Of a DNA stretch of 51,115 nt, positions 45,167-51,115 are shown piece by piece. The number at the start of each line of letters is the position of its first letter. Position 1 is the first letter of the stretch. The stretch comes from an uncultured Campylobacteraceae bacterium (GTDB lineage: Bacteria > Campylobacterota > Campylobacteria > Campylobacterales > UBA6016), in NCBI GenBank assembly GCA_964577355.1, contig CAZNYV010000003.1, forward strand, positions 1 to 51,115. Direction: 5' to 3'. Both the position numbers and the translations under genes were made by a program. The notes beneath the pieces were generated by a model. The model was given only the letters and a program-made list of their open reading frames with translations, did no database searches and was not told where the DNA came from.

Positions 45167-45187
45167 TGGTTGTCCTTGTTTTAGTTT

Positions 45188-45898
45188 TTAGATTATCAAT
45201 CCAGCTCGTGTTAGCAGCTCAATTTGATAAGCGTGTTCACTTTTGCCGTCAAATATTATTTTACCTTTTTCGTCCAAAATGATAACGCGCTCACCAAGTC
45301 GCGGTGCGATGGTTAGATTGTGGGTCGCTGTGATAGTTGTGATATTTAGTGAAGCAGTAATATCCAAAAATCTAGCCGTACTGGCTGGGTCAAGTGCGCT
45401 CGTTGGCTCGTCGAGAAGCAGTACCTTTGGAGAGATAGACATCGCGCAGGCTAGGGCTACTTTTTGCTTTTGTCCTCCGCTGAGTTTGAACGGTATACTT
45501 TGTAGATACGGGGTGAGCCCAAATAGCTCAGCGTAGTTTCGTACTCTTGCATCAATATCGTCAAACCCGAGTTGCCTAGGGCCAAATGCTATTTCATCAT
45601 ATACAGTTGGGTTAAAGAGCATCGCATCGATATTCTGAAAGACAAGCCCGACACTCTTGCGGAAATATTCATTCTTTTGCCTGTCTTTTAGTATGCTTTT
45701 GGTGATAGGATTCCCTTCAAAAAACAGCTCGCCACTATCGGGAAATACTAATCCGTTGAGTAGTTTTAGCAGCGTACTTTTCCCACTTCCGTTGACACCC
45801 AATAACACCACTTTCTCACCAGCGCTGATGCTTAGGTTTAGGTTTTCAAAGATAGTATTGCCATCTCTTTTTATGGTGATATTCTCAGCTCTAAACAT
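45188..45898 (-). CDS. cbiO: CbiO/EcfA-type ABC ATPase (cobalt/nickel ECF-type)
   Basis: 236 aa with GVNGSGKST, LSGGQKQKV and LLLDEPTSALD. Confidence 0.85.
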   Translation of the reverse strand: MFRAENITIKRDGNTIFENLNLSISAGEKVVLLGVNGSGKSTLLKLLNGLVFPDSGELFFEGNPITKSILKDRQKNEYFRKSVGLVFQNIDAMLFNPTVYDEIAFGPRQLGFDDIDARVRNYAELFGLTPYLQSIPFKLSGGQKQKVALACAMSISPKVLLLDEPTSALDPASTARFLDITASLNITTITATHNLTIAPRLGERVIILDEKGKIIFDGKSEHAYQIELLTRAGLII

Positions 45899-46439
45899 AG
45901 AAGCCTCTCGATTTCATCGCTTCGAAATTCTCCTTGCTTTCCCTGATATTTTTATCCAAAAAGCCAGCAATTGCAGAACCCAAATACTCATATATCTGAT
46001 GCCTTGTCGGCTTTCTGAGTGTGCGTGATTTTAGAGCATCTGTATAGTCACTATATGCTCGTTGCATCGTCATAATCTTGGAGACGCTCAAAATCAGTAA
46101 AAAGCTCAAATCTTTTGAAAATGAAAGCGCTTCGTAGATGTTGACTCTGGAGGTAAATAGGAGTGTCAAAAATATCATATCAAACGAGCGCAAATTGACA
46201 CTCACAAAGTAGTGCCAAAAAGGCTGATTTTGCCAATAGAGAGTGAGAGAGTAGCTTATAGTGATAAATAGCGAGAATAGCGCAACCAAGACAAATGATT
46301 TGCGTGCAAGTGAGAGTGCTGTTTTGCCAGATATGACAAGCAGTACGGCGAGCACGAGCATTAGAGGTTCGTAGCTCATAATGGCTGATATGGCAACAAG
46401 AGAGCTAATATATAGAGTGAGATAAATTTTAGTTTTCAA
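45891..46439 (-). CDS. cbiQ: CbiQ/EcfT-like transmembrane component (short)
   Basis: 182 aa with about 4-5 TM segments and the C-terminal ALKSRT..MKSRG region. It has a TTG start and overlaps cbiO by 8 nt. Confidence 0.6.
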   Translation of the reverse strand: MKTKIYLTLYISSLVAISAIMSYEPLMLVLAVLLVISGKTALSLARKSFVLVALFSLFITISYSLTLYWQNQPFWHYFVSVNLRSFDMIFLTLLFTSRVNIYEALSFSKDLSFLLILSVSKIMTMQRAYSDYTDALKSRTLRKPTRHQIYEYLGSAIAGFLDKNIRESKENFEAMKSRGFYV

Positions 46440-46494
46440 TTTTTACCATTATTTAAAGTAAATCAATTTTTACCTTTTTTGACTTAAGAGTGCC

Positions 46495-46511
46495 TTGGAA
46501 CTGATTTTGCT
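46495..46511 (+). promoter_or_regulatory. sigma54 (RpoN) promoter of fliK
   Basis: The sequence is TTGGAAC-TGATT-TTGCT, with GG at 46497-46498 and GC at 46509-46510 (N10 spacing). It lies about 35 nt upstream of the fliK ATG and matches the Campylobacter/Helicobacter class-2 flagellar promoter pattern. Confidence 0.7.
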
Positions 46512-46545
46512 TTTGACTATGTAATGTAAAAACAAAGGCGAGAAA

Positions 46546-48216
46546 ATGAGCGCAGAACTTAGCTCTATAGTAGCGAAAGTGGTAGACAAAAAAACCGGCA
46601 AGTTGTCAGGTCTTGCGGCCTTGATGAAGGCTGGCTTTGATGATAAAGCATTTGAAGAAAAGCTCAAAAAAGCCTTGGAAAAAGGGCTAAAAGATGGCAA
46701 GGATAGTGTCAAGCCAATGATTGTAAATATCAAACAAGACGCAAAAGGCACTCAGCAAACAACTCAAAATGACGCTAAAAAAAGTGCAAAGACGAATGAG
46801 ACTACTGATGAGCACCAAAATGAAATGGTTTTTCGACATGCGTTGGCATTGAGCAAAATGTCAAACGAATTGGCGACTGAAAAAACAAATCAAGAGTTGA
46901 GGTCATCTACAAAAAGTGACAAAAAACTATCAAATTTGCTAGAAAAAATGGACAACAGTGGCATCAAAGGCAATATAAAAGTAGAGCAACTACACGAAGA
47001 AGATGCCAGCAAAGATGGCTCGGGTAGCAAAAAAGCAAAAAAACTAAATGATAAAAAAGATGAAAAACAGCAAGTAGCCAGCCAGCCAGTTGCCACAGCT
47101 CAAAAAGAGTCTGATACCAAAAAAACTGTCAGTGATGAGCATAGAATAAAAAGCCAAAACCAACAAGCCCAAAACACACAGCAACACGATGCAGATACTA
47201 AGCAAATTGTGCCAAAAGAAGATTTGCATGCAAAAAAAGAGACAAAAAATGAAGCTCCAAAACAAAAAGTCATAGATGATGAGCAAGCGCAAAAAAATCA
47301 AAAAACAGGTGCGGATGAATTAGAAAGCCATAGAGCCCAAGCAAAAAAAGATAAATCCGACAAAGCAGAGCTTGAGACACAGGCTCCAAAAGAGAGTGTC
47401 GCACCCAAAAAAGAGATAAAAGAGCCATTGGATGTCAAAAAAGAGAGTGAGACAAAGCCACTAAAAGCTGATGAGAAAAAACTTGTCGATGATAAAAAAG
47501 AACAAGTCGATACCAAGAAAGATGGCGGAGAGCTTTTGTCTCAAAGAGTAAGCGTAAAAGATATATCTCTTCCAACTACAAAGAGCGACGATAAATCGGC
47601 AGCGTCTAACAAGAAAACAGAAGATAAGTCCACAAGTCTTCAAGATTTGCTAACCAATCTAGGTGATGTCAAAGTCAAAAAAGATGACTCTCTCGAGAAG
47701 AAAAATAGTGGCGAAAATAAAAATGAGTCCAAGAATGAAGACGCGGCGGCGGCTCACGCAAAAGCTACCTCTATGCTAGCCAATACGAGTAGCATAGAGG
47801 ATACGATAGCTCAAAAAATCAAAGATGCGCCAGCGGTATTGAAAAATTTTGCCGAAGACCTAAAAGACAAGATTGATGAATACAAACCGCCAATTATGAA
47901 GGTTTCTATGGAGCTTCGCCCTGAAAATATGGCGCCAGTCGATGTTACGATGATAACAAGAGGTCAAAACCTCATCATCAATATCAATTCGAGCGACGAA
48001 GCTCTCAAGATGTTTATGAATAATGCTAGTGATTTCAGACAAAATCTGATGAATATTGGCTTTACAGAGATGACAATGAATTTTAATTTCAAAGACCAAA
48101 ACGGACAACAAAGACAATACCAGCACCAAGAACAGGCGACAAAAAAATACAAAGAAGCAATAGATTCAGTAGCTAGCATGACAAGTGTTGAAGTTGTAGT
48201 TCCTCAGTATGCTTAG
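46546..48216 (+). CDS. fliK: flagellar hook-length control protein FliK
   Basis: 556 aa with a long K/E/Q/D-rich low-complexity centre and a C-terminal Flg_hook-type domain (KVSMELRPENMAPVDVTMITRGQNLIININSS). It sits upstream of flgD-flgE. Confidence 0.8.
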   Translation: MSAELSSIVAKVVDKKTGKLSGLAALMKAGFDDKAFEEKLKKALEKGLKDGKDSVKPMIVNIKQDAKGTQQTTQNDAKKSAKTNETTDEHQNEMVFRHALALSKMSNELATEKTNQELRSSTKSDKKLSNLLEKMDNSGIKGNIKVEQLHEEDASKDGSGSKKAKKLNDKKDEKQQVASQPVATAQKESDTKKTVSDEHRIKSQNQQAQNTQQHDADTKQIVPKEDLHAKKETKNEAPKQKVIDDEQAQKNQKTGADELESHRAQAKKDKSDKAELETQAPKESVAPKKEIKEPLDVKKESETKPLKADEKKLVDDKKEQVDTKKDGGELLSQRVSVKDISLPTTKSDDKSAASNKKTEDKSTSLQDLLTNLGDVKVKKDDSLEKKNSGENKNESKNEDAAAAHAKATSMLANTSSIEDTIAQKIKDAPAVLKNFAEDLKDKIDEYKPPIMKVSMELRPENMAPVDVTMITRGQNLIININSSDEALKMFMNNASDFRQNLMNIGFTEMTMNFNFKDQNGQQRQYQHQEQATKKYKEAIDSVASMTSVEVVVPQYA

Positions 48217-48231
48217 GTATGAAATTTGCTT
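48213..48231 (+). promoter_or_regulatory. second candidate sigma54 promoter, upstream of flgD
   Basis: The sequence is TTAGGTATGAAATTTGCTT, with GG at 48216-48217 and GC at 48228-48229 (N10 spacing). The -12 TTTGCTT is perfect; the -24 half is weaker. It overlaps the fliK stop. Confidence 0.45.
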
Positions 48232-48271
48232 TACAATATAAAATTATAAATTTGAATCAAAAGGATAGAAA

Positions 48272-48940
48272 GTGTCAAGTGCAGTAACAAATACATCGAC
48301 AACAGTTGCCTCGTCTGCAAATACAACGACTGGCACAACAAGCCAACTTCAGTCTCAAGACTTTTTGAAGCTTTTGCTTGTTGAGCTTGAACACCAAGAC
48401 CCGACATCACCGATGGATACAGACAAGATGCTTACGCAAACATCACAGCTCTCCACATTGGAAGCGCAAAATGCGACAAAAGCAGCTATGGACTCGATGA
48501 CCAAATCATTCCAAGCCTCTGCTGGGTACACGATGACATCAGCTATCGGCAAGATGGCAACTATTGGCGACGGCTCTATCAACTTGTCAGATGGTCAAAG
48601 TAGCAAGTTCGACTTTTATTTGCCTCAGGCAGCCACTGGCACGACCGTTGTTGTCAAAGACGGAACAGGTGCAGTCGTGTCAACTATGAGTCTTGGCAAT
48701 CAACCGGCAAGCGTGCAGACTGTTACTTGGGACGGTACGAATGCTCAAGGGCAAAGACAAGCATCAGGAAACTACAAAGTAACTATAAACTACTACGACG
48801 CAAGTGGCAATCCTGTACAAACAACTCCAGGAAAGCTTCCTGTGGATTCGGTCAAATTTACATCTAGTGGCGATCCGCAACTAAAAGTAGGTTCTAGCTA
48901 TTACACTATGGCTCAAATACAAGAGCTTTCAGATTACTAG
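48272..48940 (+). CDS. flgD: flagellar hook capping/assembly protein FlgD
   Basis: 222 aa with a GTG start after AAGGA. It has DFLKLLLVELEHQDPTSPMD and an Ig-like C-terminal domain (TVTWDGTNAQG..SGNYKVTI). Confidence 0.9.
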   Translation: MSSAVTNTSTTVASSANTTTGTTSQLQSQDFLKLLLVELEHQDPTSPMDTDKMLTQTSQLSTLEAQNATKAAMDSMTKSFQASAGYTMTSAIGKMATIGDGSINLSDGQSSKFDFYLPQAATGTTVVVKDGTGAVVSTMSLGNQPASVQTVTWDGTNAQGQRQASGNYKVTINYYDASGNPVQTTPGKLPVDSVKFTSSGDPQLKVGSSYYTMAQIQELSDY

Positions 48941-48949
48941 GAAAACACT

Positions 48950-50218
48950 GTGAATACATCGTTTTATACAGCTGTTGGTGGAATGAAGACTATGCAATTC
49001 AGTCTTGATACATGGGGTAATAATATTGCCAATGTTGATACGGTTGGTTTTAGGTCTTCTACGCCAGAGTTTGCATCGTTGTTGTCTCAAAATGCCAATA
49101 CAGCTGCGATGGCTGGTTTTGGTGATGTTGGGCTAGGGGCTACACAACAAGCTACTACGGTCTCAACTGCACAGGGCAGTTTGATGAGTACAGACAATAC
49201 TTTTGACCTAGCATTGGCTGGTAGAGGTTATTTTGGTGTGCAAGGACCAGAGGACAAGAGATACTACACTAGAAATGGCGAGTTTAATGTTGATGCTAAT
49301 GGCTATCTTGTAGATTCAAATGGCTACAAAGTATTGGGTCAGGTGAACCCAACTATGGTTATTGACAAAAATCTAAATGCTACTATTGCTGCTGGTATTG
49401 CAAATATAGGCATAAGCGACCCAAAAAAACAAGCTCCAATTCAGATACCAACAACTATGACAAATCCTGGTGTTCCTGGCATTCCTGCGGTGACTTCGAC
49501 AACATCGCCGATAGAGTATACTCTGCAAAACTCTTCAACGGGTACTGGTAGTACAGTGGTTGACCCTGTTAATATCTCTTACTATCTGACTGCAGATACA
49601 GTGCCTACAATGCATATCAAGAACTCGGCAGGTGTGGAAGTGAAGACTGTTGACCTCGCTAGTCAAGGTAAAGGACAACACACATATGTTTGGGATGGCA
49701 AGATACCAACTCCAGCCACAAATAGCGATGGCACGGCAATACTAGATGCTAGTGGCAATCCTATTATGCAAAACTCATACGCCCCAGCTGGTCAATATAC
49801 TGTCACGGTTGATTATGTCAGTAAGGTGGCAGTTCCAGCGATTCCGCCAGGCGAGCTTCAGCAGTATCAAGTCGATACAAACGGCAATATAACGGCGAAG
49901 TTTAGCAACGGACTCAATAGTGTTATAGGTCAGATTCCTATATTTCAGTTTAGCAATCAGCAAGGGTTATCAAAAGAGGGCGACAATTTATATAGTGAAT
50001 CTGCCAATAGTGGACAGGTTATGTTGTACAAAGACTCAAAAGGTGTTTATATGCCTGGTGTTGAGGTGCAATCAAATATGTTGGAAACGAGCAATGTCTC
50101 ACTCTCGGATGCGATGACTGAGCTTATCGTGACACAGAGAGCTTTTGATGCCAACTCAAAATGCGTCACAACTTCAGACCAAATGATTCAAAAAGCGTTA
50201 GCACTCAAAAGAGGCTAG
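48950..50218 (+). CDS. flgE: flagellar hook protein FlgE-family paralogue
   Basis: 422 aa with a GTG start after AGGAAAA. The N-terminus is FYTAVGGMKTMQFSLDTWGNNIANVDTVGFR and the C-terminus is LIVTQRAFDANSK. Confidence 0.85.
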   Translation: MNTSFYTAVGGMKTMQFSLDTWGNNIANVDTVGFRSSTPEFASLLSQNANTAAMAGFGDVGLGATQQATTVSTAQGSLMSTDNTFDLALAGRGYFGVQGPEDKRYYTRNGEFNVDANGYLVDSNGYKVLGQVNPTMVIDKNLNATIAAGIANIGISDPKKQAPIQIPTTMTNPGVPGIPAVTSTTSPIEYTLQNSSTGTGSTVVDPVNISYYLTADTVPTMHIKNSAGVEVKTVDLASQGKGQHTYVWDGKIPTPATNSDGTAILDASGNPIMQNSYAPAGQYTVTVDYVSKVAVPAIPPGELQQYQVDTNGNITAKFSNGLNSVIGQIPIFQFSNQQGLSKEGDNLYSESANSGQVMLYKDSKGVYMPGVEVQSNMLETSNVSLSDAMTELIVTQRAFDANSKCVTTSDQMIQKALALKRG

Positions 50219-50231
50219 TTGATTAGCCTCT
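50206..50231 (-). terminator. rho-independent terminator of the epimerase gene, overlapping the flgE 3' end
   Basis: The minus strand reads AGAGGCTA-ATCAAC-TAGCCTCT followed by TTTT. Confidence 0.5.
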
Positions 50232-50233
50232 GA

Positions 50234-51115
50234 TTAGCCAATTCCTAGTCCATAAGCTTCTTTGAGGCTTATGATGTCTTTCTCAAATATCATTGAATGA
50301 GGCAAAGACGAAGGTTTGGCTAGTAGCGGTCCATCCAAATCATAAAAACATATACTCTCATCACACATTGCAAAATGAACAGCTGCACTCACACTGACAA
50401 CACTTTCCAGCATCGAACCCATCATTATTTTTGCATTATGCTCTTTGGCTATTTTTACAATTTTTGCTGCGTTATAGATGCCACCGCTTTTCATCAATTT
50501 GATATTTATGTAGTCGGCCATTTTGTTGTCCAACACTCTTTTTACATCTTCAATGCCAAAAACGGACTCATCAGCCAGTATCGGAATTTGAGAGTTGGCA
50601 GTGATTTCTTTTAGCCCTTCCAAATCATTTGCCAGAACTGGTTGTTCCACAAGTTCAATATTGCAATCAGCGATATTGTCGATAATTTTTAGTGCACTTT
50701 TTGCGCTCCAAGCCTGATTTGCATCCACTCTGATAATGCTATTTGGCAAGGTGTGTCTTATGCTTTTGATTATTCTTATGCTCTCGTCAATATCTTTGCC
50801 AAGCTTGACTTTTAGTATTCCAAACCCATCTTTGTCTGCCTCGATGGCATCTTTGAGCATTGTGTTGTGCTCGCCCAGACTGATTGTGAGATTGGTGCGA
50901 AGGTGTTTTGTCTTGCCACCAAGGTATTCATATAGTGGTTGTTTTGTGGCTTTTGCTAGCAGGTCATAGATCGCCATATCCACGCAGGCTTTTGCTGAGG
51001 TACTATGCTGAGCGCTGGCATTTAGGGCTTCAAATATTTCATCATTTGTCAAATCAATACCATACAGCGCTGGCAATATTTTTTGGAAGGCTCCTTCCTT
51101 GATCTTTATACAAAA
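50234..51115 (-). CDS. enolase-superfamily dipeptide (L-Ala-D/L-Glu type) epimerase; N-terminus runs off the window
   Basis: MLE-subgroup landmarks are present: ILKVKLGKD (KxK), RVDANQAW, LVEQP, ILADES and NIKLMKSGG. The frame stays open upstream of the track's TTG start to position 51115 (FCIKIKEGAFQKI-). Confidence 0.75.
   Translation of the reverse strand, partial: FCIKIKEGAFQKILPALYGIDLTNDEIFEALNASAQHSTSAKACVDMAIYDLLAKATKQPLYEYLGGKTKHLRTNLTISLGEHNTMLKDAIEADKDGFGILKVKLGKDIDESIRIIKSIRHTLPNSIIRVDANQAWSAKSALKIIDNIADCNIELVEQPVLANDLEGLKEITANSQIPILADESVFGIEDVKRVLDNKMADYINIKLMKSGGIYNAAKIVKIAKEHNAKIMMGSMLESVVSVSAAVHFAMCDESICFYDLDGPLLAKPSSLPHSMIFEKDIISLKEAYGLGIG

Noticed and set aside
44981-45184. 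A 67-aa plus-strand ORF rich in Met and Val.
   Set aside because: It is the antisense shadow of the CAT/CAC-rich His-stretch region of hypB.
46470-46751. A 93-aa minus-strand ORF that could have been the missing CbiM/N partner upstream of cbiQ.
   Set aside because: It overlaps the fliK promoter and 5' coding region on the opposite strand. The translation is Ser/Leu/Phe-rich with no CbiM/N features and no SD.
46800-47750. A purine-rich, repetitive-looking DNA stretch considered as a tandem repeat or CRISPR-like array.
   Set aside because: It has no regular repeat-spacer periodicity. It is the K/E/Q/D-rich low-complexity linker of fliK, read in frame.

Overview
This 51.1-kb chromosomal segment looks like Campylobacterota (epsilonproteobacterial) DNA. 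The evidence is protein content plus gene order that, from memory, matches Campylobacter jejuni and Helicobacter pylori: gyrA-flgP-flgQ-flgR, fba next to a PEB4-like PPIase, and fliK-flgD-flgE. Most of the window is densely packed housekeeping.

- **1-22.4 kb (minus strand):** a long gene train: family-5 ABC binding protein (partial), hemE, yqhA-like, asd, flgR, flgQ, flgP, two small lipoproteins, gyrA, DUF748, truA, lptF/G-type permease, prepilin peptidase, uppS, PAP2 phosphatase, GT39/83 glycosyltransferase, carA, DUF507, hisD, fba, PPIase.
- **22.5-26.6 kb (plus strand):** cytochrome c, a Csd6/Pgp2-like and a Csd4/Pgp1-like peptidoglycan peptidase pair, rsmE, pgeF.
- **26.7-29.9 kb:** a nitrogen cluster (porin-amtB, then glnB). 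It sits divergent from an unusual pair: a truncated sigma54-activator-like regulator plus a PAS-like protein.
- **31.6-38.5 kb:** glmS, a haem-c/GAF/GGDEF sensor cyclase, mrp/apbC, a frameshifted secreted EEP nuclease, and tRNA-Arg with an apparent GCG anticodon.
- **38.5-42.8 kb:** the most accessory-looking stretch. It holds a small hypothetical ORF, a DUF4337 protein and a histidine-phosphatase-like protein. Converging on these is an AT-rich block of a 49-aa ORF, mcrC and mcrB (type IV restriction-like), which starts immediately behind hypD.
- **42.8-51.1 kb:** cbiQ-cbiO-hypB-hypC-hypD, a sigma54-driven fliK-flgD-flgE module, and a partial dipeptide epimerase.

I found no rRNA, CRISPR array, transposase or integrase. 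All calls come from reading the ORF translations and the DNA by eye; no database search was run.
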